A stretch of 64,000 nt of DNA from an uncultured Chloroflexia bacterium (GTDB lineage Bacteria; Chloroflexota; Limnocylindria; Limnocylindrales; CSP1-4), in NCBI GenBank assembly GCA_963802165.1, contig CAWDHT010000030.1, positions 84,684 to 148,683 on the forward strand, given 5' to 3'. Both the position numbers and the translations under genes were made by a program. Each line of letters starts with the position of its first letter. Positions within the stretch are counted from its first letter, which is position 1. Shown piece after piece: positions 29,552 to 39,919 of the stretch. Below the pieces are notes generated by a model. It searched no databases, was not told the origin of the DNA, and saw only the letters and a program-made list of their open reading frames with translations.

Positions 29552-31828
29552 ATGCCGGAACCTGTCGTCCGCGATCCCGAGGTGCCCCTCACGACCCCCG
29601 GCCCCTCGACGGGCAGGCGTGGGGCGAAGGCCGCGCCGCCCGTCTCCGAGCGGGGTCCGGCGGGCATGGCGGACGTCGCGTTCGATTCCGTTCCGTCCCG
29701 CGCGAGACTCCTCGCCGCGCTACGGGCCTCCCACGCACAGGCCGACCTGGGCGTGGTCGAGCGGGCCTTCGACCTCGCGGTCGATGCCCACAGCATGCAG
29801 GTCCGGGCCTCCGGCGAGCCCTACGTCACGCATCCCATCGCCTCGGCCCAGATCCTCGCGGAGCTGGGGATCGATCCGGTCGCCGTTGCCGCGGCCCTCC
29901 TCCACGACGTCCCGGAGGACACGGAGTACAGCCTCGCCGACGTCGAGGAGCGGTTCGGGCCCGAGATCGCTCACATGGTGGACGGCGTCACCAAGCTGTC
30001 CAAGTTCAGCACCCACAGCCACGAGCAGCGGCAGGCCGAGAGCATCCGCAAGATGTTCCTGGCGATGGCCGACGACATCCGCGTCGTGCTGATCAAGCTT
30101 GCGGACCGGCTCCACAACATGCGGACCCTGTCCTACCTCAAGCCCGAGAAGCAGCAGCGCATCGCCCGCCAGACGATGGAGATCTATGCGCCCCTGGCGG
30201 AGCGCCTCGGGATCTGGCAGATCAAGTGGGAGCTGGAGGACCTCGCGTTCAAGGTGCTGGAGCCCGAGGCGTTCCGGGAGCTGGCCAAGCTGCTGGACAC
30301 GCGGCGGCGCGGTCGCGAGGGCTACATCGAGCGGGCGATCGAGGAGCTGCGGCCGCGCCTGGAGGCCGCCGGCATCGTCGGCGAGCTCCAGGGGCGCCCG
30401 AAGCACATCTACAGCATCTGGAAGAAGATGCAGCGCAAGAGCGCGGAGTTCGGCGAGATCTACGACGTCTACGCGATCCGCCTCCTGGTCGACGAGATCC
30501 GCGACTGCTACGCCGCCCTGGGCATCGTCCACGCCCTGTGGCGCCCGATCCCCGGCCAGTTCGACGACTACATCGCCGTCCCCAAGAACAACCTGTACCA
30601 GTCGCTGCACACCGCCGTGATCGCGCTCGACGGCAAGCCGCTCGAGATCCAGATCCGGACCCACGCGATGCACCAGGTCTCCGAGGTGGGCATCGCGGCC
30701 CACTGGCGCTACAAGGAGGGCTCCAAGGCGGAGCGCGACTACGACGCCAAGCTCGCCTGGCTGCGCCAGCTGATGGAGTGGCAGCGCGACGTCAGCGAGT
30801 CGGACGCGACGGAGTTCGTCGAGGGCATCAAGCTCGACATCTTCCAGGACCAGGTGTTCGTGTTCACGCCGCGCGGGGACGTCAAGGACCTTCCAGCGGG
30901 TGCCACGCCGCTCGACTTCGCCTACCGGATCCACACGGACGTCGGCCATCGGACCATCGGGGCGAAGGTCAACAACCGCCTGGTGCCGCTCGACTACCGG
31001 CTCAAGAACGGCGACATCGTCGAGATCGTGACCACCAAGGGCGAGCACGGCCCGTCACGCGACTGGATGAACATCGTCCGGACCAGCCACGCCCGCGAGA
31101 AGATCCGGCAGTGGTTCAAGAAGAAGGACCGCGCCGAGAACATCGTCCACGGCCGCGAGGGCCTCGAGCGCGAGCTGCGCCGGCTCGCCCGGACCAGCAT
31201 CCAGGCGATCGGCCTGGAGCGCATCGCCGACGTGGCGAGGCTCTATCAGCAGGACACCCTGGACGACTTCTACGCCGCGATCGGCTACGGGGCCATCTCC
31301 CCGCAGCAGGTCGTGATGCGGCTGGGGGTCCTCGACGACGGCCACAGCGCGCTGCCGACGATCGCGCCCCCCCAACCCGCCCGCACCGGTGGCGTCCGGG
31401 TCAAGGGCGTGGGCGACCTCCTGGTGCGGTTCGCCAAGTGCTGCCACCCGATCCCCGGCGACCCCATCGCCGGGTTCATCACCCGCGGCAAGGGGATCAC
31501 GGTCCACCTCCGCTCGTGCCCGACGGTCCACAACGAGCGGGAGGTCACCCGCCTGATCGACGTGGAGTGGGAGGCGGCGCCCGCGCAGACCTACCCGATC
31601 GCGATCCGCGTCGAGGCCTACGACCGGACCGGGCTGCTCTCCGACATCACCCAGGTCATGGCCGAGAACAGGGTCAACATCCTGGCCGCGACCATGGGCG
31701 TCAACCAGGACCACACCGCGGTGGTGACGATGACGCTCCAGGTCGCGTCGGTCGCGCAGCTGGCGAAGGTCATGGGCCGCGTCGAGCAGCTGAAGGACGT
31801 CCTCAGCGTCCAGAGGGAGCTGAGCTAG
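29552..31828 (+). CDS. rel: Bifunctional (p)ppGpp synthetase/hydrolase (long RSH)
   Basis: RASGEPYVTHP, LLHDVPED, IKLADRLHNMRTL, GRPKHIYSI, YQSLHT, TGS domain, AKCCHP and ACT domain. Confidence 0.96.
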   Translation: MPEPVVRDPEVPLTTPGPSTGRRGAKAAPPVSERGPAGMADVAFDSVPSRARLLAALRASHAQADLGVVERAFDLAVDAHSMQVRASGEPYVTHPIASAQILAELGIDPVAVAAALLHDVPEDTEYSLADVEERFGPEIAHMVDGVTKLSKFSTHSHEQRQAESIRKMFLAMADDIRVVLIKLADRLHNMRTLSYLKPEKQQRIARQTMEIYAPLAERLGIWQIKWELEDLAFKVLEPEAFRELAKLLDTRRRGREGYIERAIEELRPRLEAAGIVGELQGRPKHIYSIWKKMQRKSAEFGEIYDVYAIRLLVDEIRDCYAALGIVHALWRPIPGQFDDYIAVPKNNLYQSLHTAVIALDGKPLEIQIRTHAMHQVSEVGIAAHWRYKEGSKAERDYDAKLAWLRQLMEWQRDVSESDATEFVEGIKLDIFQDQVFVFTPRGDVKDLPAGATPLDFAYRIHTDVGHRTIGAKVNNRLVPLDYRLKNGDIVEIVTTKGEHGPSRDWMNIVRTSHAREKIRQWFKKKDRAENIVHGREGLERELRRLARTSIQAIGLERIADVARLYQQDTLDDFYAAIGYGAISPQQVVMRLGVLDDGHSALPTIAPPQPARTGGVRVKGVGDLLVRFAKCCHPIPGDPIAGFITRGKGITVHLRSCPTVHNEREVTRLIDVEWEAAPAQTYPIAIRVEAYDRTGLLSDITQVMAENRVNILAATMGVNQDHTAVVTMTLQVASVAQLAKVMGRVEQLKDVLSVQRELS

Positions 31829-33173
31829 GTTCCACCCCGGGCGATGCAGACGGTCCGCCGGCCGCGGCCGGACGCGTCGCTCCTCCGGGAGCGAACAGGG
31901 CCGCGCCACGGATCCGCCGCAGCCAGGCCAGCGACAGCGAGCCGACCACGAGGCACCCGACCCCGCCCACGATCAGCGACGCCTCGACGCTGAACGCCGA
32001 GGCGAGCCAGCCCATGAGCAGCCCGCCGATCGGCGTCGAGCCCACGAACACGGTCGTGTAGACGCTGATCACCCGCCCGCGAAGCGCATCCGGGACGGCC
32101 AGCTGGATCGTCGTGTTGGCGGTCGCCGCCATGCCGATGGCGCCGAACCCGACGAACAGCATCGCGACCAGCGCGAACGCGTAGACGTCGATGAACGCCG
32201 CCGCGACCAGGGCCGCGCCGAGGATGAGGGCCCCCAGCGGCACGACGACCGGCCTCGAGCGTCCCGAGAACGCGATCATGAGGGCGGCCGTCAACGAGCC
32301 GATGCCGGTCGCGGTCATCAGGAACCCGTACCCGGTCGCGTCGGTGTTCAGCACCTCCCGGGCGAGGGCCGGGATCGTCACGCCGAAGTTCATCCCGAGG
32401 ATCGCGGTCAGGCCGACGGTGACGGTGGCCAGCAGCACCAGCTTCGTGTGGCGGACGTAGCGCAGGCCCTCCGCGAGGCTGACGCCGACCTCGCGCACCG
32501 AGCGTGGGCGGGGGAGCACCGGCGGCGTCCTGAGCTCGGACTGGCGCATGGCGGCATAGGCCGCGATCACCGCGGCGAAGCTGATCCCGTTGAGCAGGAA
32601 CGCCACGCTCACGTCGCCGCCGAAGAAGCCGATCGTGAGGCCCGCGACCGCCGGGCCCACGACCCGGGAGCCGTTGAACACGGCGGCATTGAGCGCGATG
32701 GCGTTGGCGACGTCCTCGCGCCCGACCATCTCCACGGTGAAGGCCTGGCGGGTGGGCATGTCCACGGCGTTGGTGACCCCAAGCAGCAGGGCGAGCACGA
32801 GGATCTGCCACACCTCGACGGTGTCGGTGACGGTGAGCCCGAACAGGACGAACGCGAGCACCATCTGGATGGTCTGGGTGACCATCAGGGTCCGTCGCTT
32901 GGGCAGCGCGTCCGCGATGAGCCCGCCGAACAGCCCCAGGATCAGGACCGGCACGAATGCGAGGGCTGCCACGAGGCCGAGGACGAACGGGTCGCCGGTG
33001 AGGTCCAGGACGAGCCACGCCTGGGCGACCTGCTGCATCCAGGTGCCGATGAGGGACACCAGCAGGCCCACGAAGAACAGCCGGTAGTTGTGGTGGCGGA
33101 AGGCGCGGCCGCCGTTGCGCAGGTTGAAGGCGGCGCCGGACGACGGAAGGTCCCGGCCGCGCTCGCCGGTCAT
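31803..33173 (-). CDS. MFS transporter (MFS_3/DUF894-like efflux family)
   Basis: AFRHHNYRLFF..SLIGTWMQQVAQAWLV, DMPTRQAF, GPAVAG and LRGRVIS, with ~12 TMs. Confidence 0.9.
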   Translation of the reverse strand: MTGERGRDLPSSGAAFNLRNGGRAFRHHNYRLFFVGLLVSLIGTWMQQVAQAWLVLDLTGDPFVLGLVAALAFVPVLILGLFGGLIADALPKRRTLMVTQTIQMVLAFVLFGLTVTDTVEVWQILVLALLLGVTNAVDMPTRQAFTVEMVGREDVANAIALNAAVFNGSRVVGPAVAGLTIGFFGGDVSVAFLLNGISFAAVIAAYAAMRQSELRTPPVLPRPRSVREVGVSLAEGLRYVRHTKLVLLATVTVGLTAILGMNFGVTIPALAREVLNTDATGYGFLMTATGIGSLTAALMIAFSGRSRPVVVPLGALILGAALVAAAFIDVYAFALVAMLFVGFGAIGMAATANTTIQLAVPDALRGRVISVYTTVFVGSTPIGGLLMGWLASAFSVEASLIVGGVGCLVVGSLSLAWLRRIRGAALFAPGGATRPAAAGGPSASPGVEPSSAPSGR

Positions 33174-33676
33174 CTGGCGGGCCTCTCCTGGGCGGTCACG
33201 GGTGCCGTGGGCGCGTGGGCTGGCTCGCGCCCGGCGTCGAGGTCCGCGAGGTGCCCGGCAAGGTGCGCACGACGGTCGTCGGCCTCGGCGACCATGGCCT
33301 CCAGGCGGGCGATCTTGCCGCGCAGCGTGGCGACCTGGCGGTCCACGGCGGCCAGCGCCTCGGTCACGATTCGCCGCCGCTCGAGGGGGTCCGTCGTCAT
33401 GCGGAACCGGGCGCGATTGCGTTCCCGGGCCATCTCCTCCTCGAGCAGCCGCCCGATCTCGGCGAGCGAGAAGCCGGCGTCGTCGCGCAGCCCGCGGATG
33501 AACCGCAGCCGCTCGAGATCCTCGGCGTCATAGAGCCGGTAGGCACCCTCGGAGCGGGCGGCAGGAGCCAGGAGCCCCAGTTCCTCGTAGTAGCGGATGG
33601 CCCGTGGGGTGAGCCCGGTCTCGTCCGCGACCTCCTGGATCCGGAGCAGGCGGGGTTCGGCGATGGAGTCGGTCAC
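33170..33676 (-). CDS. MerR-family transcriptional regulator
   Basis: LRIQEVADETGLTPRAIRYYEELGLL..RSEGAYRLY..GFSLAEI, then a coiled coil. Translationally coupled to the MFS gene. Confidence 0.92.
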   Translation of the reverse strand: MTDSIAEPRLLRIQEVADETGLTPRAIRYYEELGLLAPAARSEGAYRLYDAEDLERLRFIRGLRDDAGFSLAEIGRLLEEEMARERNRARFRMTTDPLERRRIVTEALAAVDRQVATLRGKIARLEAMVAEADDRRAHLAGHLADLDAGREPAHAPTAPVTAQERPAR

Positions 33677-33692
33677 CCCCCAATGCTAGGGC

Positions 33693-33716
33693 AACCTTGC
33701 CGTGCACGTAAAGGTT
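33693..33716. promoter_or_regulatory. Putative MerR operator (dyad) between divergent merR and DUF202 genes
   Basis: AACCTT-GC-CGTGCACG-TA-AAGGTT near-perfect 24-bp palindrome, directly upstream of the merR TAGCAT -10. Confidence 0.7.
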
Positions 33717-33762
33717 AGCTTCGCTGCGCCGTCGTCGCGGTCCTGCGCGCTATGCTCGCTCC

Positions 33763-34114
33763 GTGCCCGTCGACCATGACTCCCGCGCCCGCACGCACCT
33801 CGCCAATGAGCGCACCTTCCTGGCCTGGTTCCGGACGGGGATCACGCTGATCGCGCTGGGTCTCGCCGCCGCCCAGTTCCTGGGCTCGGACACGCCCGAG
33901 GGCCCCCCGCTCGTCCACGTCCTGGCGACACTGGTGATCGTGACCGGCGGCTTCGTGGTCGCCGTGGGGATGACCCGCTACCGGGAAGAGCCGTCGCCGG
34001 ATCGACGCCGAGGAGTTCAGCCCGGCCTGGCGCTCGATCACGGTGATGACCGCTGCGGCCTTCGCGATCACCGCGCTGGCCATCGCGTTCGTCTGGCTCC
34101 TCCGCCCGACCTGA
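33763..34114 (+). CDS. DUF202/YidH small membrane protein (frameshift ~33988)
   Basis: RTHLANERTFLAWFRTGITLIALG signature. The third TM is in another frame, ending at TGA 34114. Confidence 0.85.
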
Positions 34115-34161
34115 TCCCGCACGCCTCACCGGCGCCCGGCGGAGGGCTAGACTTCGGGACG

Positions 34162-35451
34162 ATGCCGACCTTCCGCGCCCCCCGGGGCACCCGTGACCTC
34201 CTGCCCGACGAGCGGGCCGTCTTCGACCGACTGGAGCGGATCGCCGCCCACCTGGCCGCCCGCTACGGCTACCGGCCGATCGAGACGCCGCTGTTCGAGC
34301 AGGCGGCGGTCTTCGAGCGCGGCCTCGGCGAGGTCACCGACGTCGTCGAGAAGGAGCTGTTCCGGCTCGCCCCTCGCACGGAGGAGTCGGAGGCATGGGC
34401 GCTGCGGCCGGAGCCCACCGCGGGGATCGTCCGCGCCTACGTCCAGCACGGGATGCAGACCTGGCCCCAGCCCGTGAAGCTGACCACGACCGGGCCGATG
34501 TTCCGCTACGACCGCCCGCAGGCCGGCCGCTACCGCCAGTTCTGGCAGTTCGACGTGGAGGCCATCGGCGATCCGGGCCCGGCGGTCGACGCGGAGATCA
34601 TCGAGCTCGGCACCCGGTTCTACGCCGAGGCCGGCGTGACCGGCGTGGAGGTCCTCGTCAACTCGATCGGCGATCCCGCGTGCCGGCCGGCCTACCTCGC
34701 GGAGCTGGCGGCCTACTACCGCGGCCACGCCGATTCGCTCCCGCCCACGGAGCTGGACCGCCTCGAGCGCAACGTCATGCGCCTGCTGGACTCCAAGGAT
34801 CCCGCGATGGCGGAGCTGAATGCGGCGGCGCCGCGGATCACGGACCGGCTGTGCGAGGCGTGCGCGGCGCACTTCGAGTCCGTCAAGGCGCACCTCTCGG
34901 CGCTCGGCGTGGGGTTCCGCGTGGAGCCCGGGCTCGTCCGCGGCCTGGACTACTACACCCGAACCGCGTTCGAGTACTACGTGGCTGGGCGCGAGGGCCA
35001 GCAGCAGGCGCTGGGCGGCGGCGGTCGCTACGACGGCCTCGTGGAGCTTCTCGGCGGGAGGCCGACGCCCGGGATCGGGTTCGGCCTCGGGCTGGACCGG
35101 GTGGCGCTCGTCCTCGCCGAGCAGGGGGCGGGCGGCGCGCGCGCGGTCGATGCGCCCCTGGCGGTGGTCGTCGGTGCGGACCCGGAGGACACGATCACCC
35201 GGCTGCGGATCGCCACCGACCTCCGCGCTGCGGGGCTGCGGGCACGGGCCGACCTCGCGCGCCGGAAGCTGGGCCGCCAGCTCGAGGCCGCCGGCAAGGA
35301 GGGCTCGCACTTCGCGGTGATCGTCGGGGACGAGCTGGAGCAGGGCCAGGTCCAGGTGCGGGACCTGCTGGCGGGCACGCAGCGGGCCGTCGCCCTCGCG
35401 GACCTCGCGCGCGAGCTGGCCCGGGCCGACGCCGGCCACCGGCACGGCTGA
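34162..35451 (+). CDS. hisS: Histidyl-tRNA synthetase
   Basis: APRGTRD, TPLFE, LRPEPTAG, FRYDRPQAGRYRQFWQ, VRGLDYYTRT and GGGRYDGL. Confidence 0.97.
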   Translation: MPTFRAPRGTRDLLPDERAVFDRLERIAAHLAARYGYRPIETPLFEQAAVFERGLGEVTDVVEKELFRLAPRTEESEAWALRPEPTAGIVRAYVQHGMQTWPQPVKLTTTGPMFRYDRPQAGRYRQFWQFDVEAIGDPGPAVDAEIIELGTRFYAEAGVTGVEVLVNSIGDPACRPAYLAELAAYYRGHADSLPPTELDRLERNVMRLLDSKDPAMAELNAAAPRITDRLCEACAAHFESVKAHLSALGVGFRVEPGLVRGLDYYTRTAFEYYVAGREGQQQALGGGGRYDGLVELLGGRPTPGIGFGLGLDRVALVLAEQGAGGARAVDAPLAVVVGADPEDTITRLRIATDLRAAGLRARADLARRKLGRQLEAAGKEGSHFAVIVGDELEQGQVQVRDLLAGTQRAVALADLARELARADAGHRHG

Positions 35452-35552
35452 GGCCGCGCGCTCGCGGGTCTGGTCGGCGTCCTGGTCGGCGTCTGCGCCG
35501 CGTGACGTACCATGGGCGCCCGTCGTCGACCCGAAGTGGGAGAGCCCTTTCC

Positions 35553-37422
35553 GTGCCCGCCGAACCGTTCTCGCTCGCCACGCCGTACCGCACCCACACC
35601 AGTGGGGACCTTCGCGCGGACGACGCGGGAACGAACGCGAAGCTCGCGGGCTGGGTCCACCGCCGCCGCGACTACGGCAAGCTGATCTTCATCGATCTCC
35701 GCGATCGCCACGGCATCACCCAGGTCGTGGTGGATGCCGCAGATGCTCCCGAGGCCCACGAGCAGGCGAACCGGGTGCGTCCCGAGTTCGTGATCATGGT
35801 CGAGGGCGAGGTCGCGCTGCGCGAGCCCGGCCAGGAGAACCCGAAGCTGGCCACGGGCGCCGTCGAGCTCCAGGCTCGCACGGTCACGATCCTCAACGAG
35901 GCGAAGACGCCGCCGTTCTACGTCAACGACCCGGACGCCACGATCGACGAGAGCCTGCGCCTCAAGTACCGCTACCTCGACATCCGCCGCGAGGCCGATG
36001 CAGCGCCGCCTGCTCCTGCGCAGCCGCCTCGTCCAGGCCATTCGCGAGGTCCACCATGCGGCAGGGTTCGTCGAGGTCGAGACGCCCAACCTGATCAAGA
36101 GCACCCCGGAGGGGGCACGTGACTTCATCGTGCCCTCCAGGCTCCAGCCGGGCACCGTCTACGCCCTGCCGCAGAGCCCCCAGCAGCTCAAGCAGCTGCT
36201 CATGGTCGGGGGCATCGACCGCTACTTCCAGATCGCGCGCTGCTTCCGCGACGAGGACCTGCGCGGCGACCGCCAGCCGGAGTTCACCCAGCTCGACCTC
36301 GAGATGAGCTTCGTGGACGAGGCCACGGTCATGGCCTTCATCGAGCACATGGTCATCGAGGTCACGAGGGCCACGGCTCCGGAGCGCCCGATCCGCGAGA
36401 TCCCGTTCCCGGTGTTCGAGTACGAGGAGGCGATGGAGCGCTTCGGCTCGGACAAGCCGGAGCTGCGCTTCGCGATGGAGCTGTACGACCTGGGGCCGGC
36501 GCTGACGGGTGCCGACGGTGCCCCGGCCAGCGGCTTCCGGGTCTTCGACGAGACACTGGCCGCCGGGGACCGCGTCAAGGGGATCACGGCGCCGGGGATG
36601 GCCGGCGCCACCCGTCGCGAGATCGACGAGCTGACGGAGATGGTCCGGCGCTTCGGCGCGAAGGGCCTCGTCCACCTCGCGGTCCACGCCGGCGGCGAGC
36701 TCCACGGACCGATTGCCAAGTTCCTGGCGCCCGAGACGCAGGCCGCGGTCCGCGAGGCGGCCGGTGCTGCGGAGGGCGACCTGATCCTGGTGGTCGCCGA
36801 CGTGAGCGACACGGCCAACGACGTCCTGGGCCGGCTGCGCGTGGAGCTCGGCGGTCGCCTGGGCCTCGCGGACCCCGACGAGCTCGCCTACTGCTGGGTC
36901 CACCACTTCCCGATGTACCAGTGGGACGAGCCGTTCAAGCGCTGGGACGCGACCCACAACCCGTTCAGCGGCGTCGTCCCCGAGGACGAGGTCCTGCTCA
37001 CGACGGCCTCGGGCGACCTCGACGACCGCTCGCCGGAGGACCCCGCCGGCCGGGCGAAGGCGATGCAGTACGACGTCGCGCTCAACGGCTGGGAGCTGGG
37101 TGGCGGCTCGGTCCGCATCTGGAAGCCGGACCTGCTGGCCCGGAGCTTCAACCTGCAGGGCTACACGCGGGAGCAGATGCGGGAGCGCTTCGGCGCGATG
37201 CTCGAGGCGTTCGAGTACGGCGCCCCGCCGCACGGTGGCATCGCGCTCGGCGTGGACCGCTGGGCCGCCCTGCTCAGCTACCAGACGAACATCCGCGAGG
37301 TGATGGCCTTCCCCAAGACCCAGTCGGGTTCCGACCTGATGCTCGAGGCGCCGTCCGCGCCGGACGACGGCCAGTACGCGGAGCTGGGTCTGCGTTTCGT
37401 GGGGCTGCCCGAGAAGCGCTGA
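35553..37422 (+). CDS. aspS: Aspartyl-tRNA synthetase (frameshift ~35995)
   Basis: YRTHT, GWVHRRRD..FIDLRD, RLKYRYLD, TPEGARDF, LPQSPQ, FRDEDLR, ELGGGSVRI and GAPPHGGIALG. Confidence 0.96.
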
Positions 37423-37467
37423 TCGACGTCGCCGGGCCGTCGACGGCCTGATCCGGGGGATAACGCG

Positions 37468-38503
37468 ATGGACGACGAGCGAGCGGCGGCCGGGGGCGAA
37501 CCCGAACCCGTGGAGCCCATGGCTCCGTCCACCGCGGGAACGCCTGTCCGTCGACCCGTGGGCGACGTTCGACCGATGGACCAGCTGGTTCTGTCTCGGG
37601 CTCGCAGCGCTTGCGGGGATCGTCGGCCTGCTGGCGATCGGACCGGCCAGCCAGGACCTGCATCCGATCCAGGTCGCCGCGACGATCGCGATCGTCGTCG
37701 GCCAGGCCGCCCTGCTCTACGCCGTGTCCGCCGGGCTGAGTCGTGGACGGGCGTGGGCTCGCCCTGCAGCGCTGTGGGTCCTGTGGCTCGTCGTGGTGAC
37801 CGGGTTCGGCGGCGCGATCCTCGACCTCACGCAGTCGAAGATCACGATCCCGATCGCGGCGATCGTGGCCGCCGTCATCCTCGCGCGCGCGCCGCGGCCG
37901 CTTCCGAACGTCGCCACAGACGACCGGCGACGCGCGACGGTCGTGGGCGTCATCTTCCTCCTGCTACTTATGTTGCCCACGGCGCTGGGGTTCGTCGCGA
38001 CCAACGCGGCATCGCCACTGGTGGCATCGGCCGACGACCTGGACATGGCGCTCGACTTCGCATGCGCGGGTGACGGATCCGCGATGCCGGAGCGGATCGA
38101 CGTCCGCGCCTCGTGGACGTGGCAGGATCGGGATGCCTTCCCAGGCCGGCCCGACACGGTGGCCATCGGCTGGTCGTCGCCGGACGGCCGGATCTCGGGC
38201 TTCACCCTCGACGACCACGGTGCGTCGAGTTCCACGCTCGTTCCCGGCGCCGACGGCCTCTCCGGGGCCGCCGTCGACGCAGCTCTGTTCGGCGGGGACT
38301 ACTGGAGCTGGTCGGTGGGCGACGTCGGGCAGGTGGCGCAGGATGGGTTCGTGACGGTCACCCTCGTCCCGAGGCGCGACGATCCGGCCGAGCGCCCGGC
38401 CGATGGATCCGTGCAGCTCCACGCGATCTACGCCCACCTCGACCGCTGGACCGTGCGGCAGGACGGCGCGTGCCGGTGGGGCGCGGAGGCTACGGCGCCG
38501 TAG
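37468..38503 (+). CDS. Hypothetical multi-pass membrane protein with extracellular C-terminal domain (frameshift ~37560)
   Basis: About 5 hydrophobic helices followed by a Trp-rich beta domain with two Cys. No family recognised. Confidence 0.6.
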
Positions 38504-39239
38504 CCGGGAGCCCATCCAGCATCGTCACGGTGGCCGCGGCCACCTGCGCCTGCTGCTCCGCTCGGGAGATCGTGGCGACGCCATCGTTGGGCTGGCCCGT
38601 GTAGTAGCCCATCTGCTCGTGGTTGCCGCCCTCGATCGGGACGAACACCGTGTCGGGCGGGAGCTGTGCCTGCGCCTCCGGTCCGGACATGCGGGCGGCA
38701 CCCGGGTCCTCGGTCCCGAAGATCGAGGTGACGGAGAGGGGCGCCGCCGACAGGTCGGTCGCGGGGTAGGAGGCCCAGAACGCCAGTCCTTCGATCGTGT
38801 CCAGGTGGTCGCTCGTGTACTGGGCCGCCATCGAGCCGCCCAGCGAGTGCCCGGCCATGGCCCAGTCCGTGACCTCGGGGTGCGCGGCGATCGCCCCGTC
38901 GGCGGCCCCGATCCCGAACACCGCGAGGTTGAACGGCATCGGCGTGATGATCACCAGGTAGCCCTCGGCGGCGATCTGCTGGGCCAGGGGTCCGTACGCC
39001 TCGGGCGGCACCTTCCCGCCGGGGTAGACGACGAGCCCGGTCGAGTAGTCGCCGTCGGCCGGCGCCCACTCCAGCCGGCCGTCGTTGTTCACGAAGGTGA
39101 CCTCGGGCGTGGACGCGAGGGACGCGGTCGCCTCGGGCAGGACCGGCTGGGGCTGCGTGTACCACAGCCAGCCGATGACGGCGACGGCGAGGACGACGAG
39201 CAGGGCGATGCCGACGGTTCTGCGGCGGGGGCGTCTCAC
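38490..39239 (-). CDS. Membrane-anchored alpha/beta hydrolase (Abhydrolase_5-like)
   Basis: VVYPGGKV..AY.PLA, MPFNLAVF, GHSLGG and IEGGNHEQMGYY. Confidence 0.88.
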   Translation of the reverse strand: MRRPRRRTVGIALLVVLAVAVIGWLWYTQPQPVLPEATASLASTPEVTFVNNDGRLEWAPADGDYSTGLVVYPGGKVPPEAYGPLAQQIAAEGYLVIITPMPFNLAVFGIGAADGAIAAHPEVTDWAMAGHSLGGSMAAQYTSDHLDTIEGLAFWASYPATDLSAAPLSVTSIFGTEDPGAARMSGPEAQAQLPPDTVFVPIEGGNHEQMGYYTGQPNDGVATISRAEQQAQVAAATVTMLDGLPATAP

Positions 39240-39919
39240 GGGGTGGGCTCCAAGCGGTTGGGGCCGGCGACGGGTGCGTCGTCGGGTTGGTCGGCGACGG
39301 CCGATCCCCACTCCGGGGTCTCGGCGGGTTCGGGCGGGCCGTCGTAGGGCGGCAGGTCGTCCCGCGCCACGGAGACGTCCAGGACGACGCCGGGATCACC
39401 GGTGTCCACGATGCGGAACGGGACGCCGAGGGCCTCGAGGTCCGTGAACAGGTCGCCCGGCATGCGGTCGGCGGCGAGGCTCCGGAAGACATCGAGGTGC
39501 GCGACCGGCAGCAGGACCGGGAAACCGGGCTCGCCCCGGTAGGCCGGCCGCACGACGGTGAGCCGGTCCTCGCCGTGGGCGGCGATGAGCGTCGTGACGG
39601 TCTCCGCGTCCACCCAGGCAAGGCGGGCCGGCCAGACGAGCGCGGCCTGCGTGTCGGTCACCAGGCGCATCGTGACCTCGACGCCGTTGACGATCTGGCT
39701 CACCGCGCCGCCCTCGTGCGGGACCGGTTCTGCCAGGGTGACGTCCGTGTTGGAGAGTGAGGCCGCCACCTCGCCGTCCGGGTCGAACGAGCACACGACG
39801 ACGGGCGTGGCCCCGCCCGCCCAGGCCACGTCCGCGAGGCGTCGGGCGGCGGGCGTGCCCGCGGCATCGGCGAGGGCGGAGGCCGGGCTCGCGGCCAGGA
39901 TCACGGCGGCGACGGTCAA
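39236..39919 (-). CDS. Degenerate MobA/MocA-like NTP-transferase-fold protein
   Basis: VAAVILAA start, VVRPAYRGEPGFPVL and GDPGVVLDV, but the canonical catalytic motifs are missing. TTG start after GAGGAG. Confidence 0.65.
   Translation of the reverse strand: MTVAAVILAASPASALADAAGTPAARRLADVAWAGGATPVVVCSFDPDGEVAASLSNTDVTLAEPVPHEGGAVSQIVNGVEVTMRLVTDTQAALVWPARLAWVDAETVTTLIAAHGEDRLTVVRPAYRGEPGFPVLLPVAHLDVFRSLAADRMPGDLFTDLEALGVPFRIVDTGDPGVVLDVSVARDDLPPYDGPPEPAETPEWGSAVADQPDDAPVAGPNRLEPTP

Noticed and set aside
33763-35451. Apparent DUF202-HisRS fusion
   Set aside because: Frameshift near 33988. DUF202's last TM and stop lie in another frame, and hisS has its own -10 and ATG at 34162.
34115-35552. 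T-box leaders before hisS/aspS (and alaS)
   Set aside because: The intergenic regions are too short and lack the T-box motif. The CTGGTCGGCGTC duplication at ~35469-35492 is too short to interpret.
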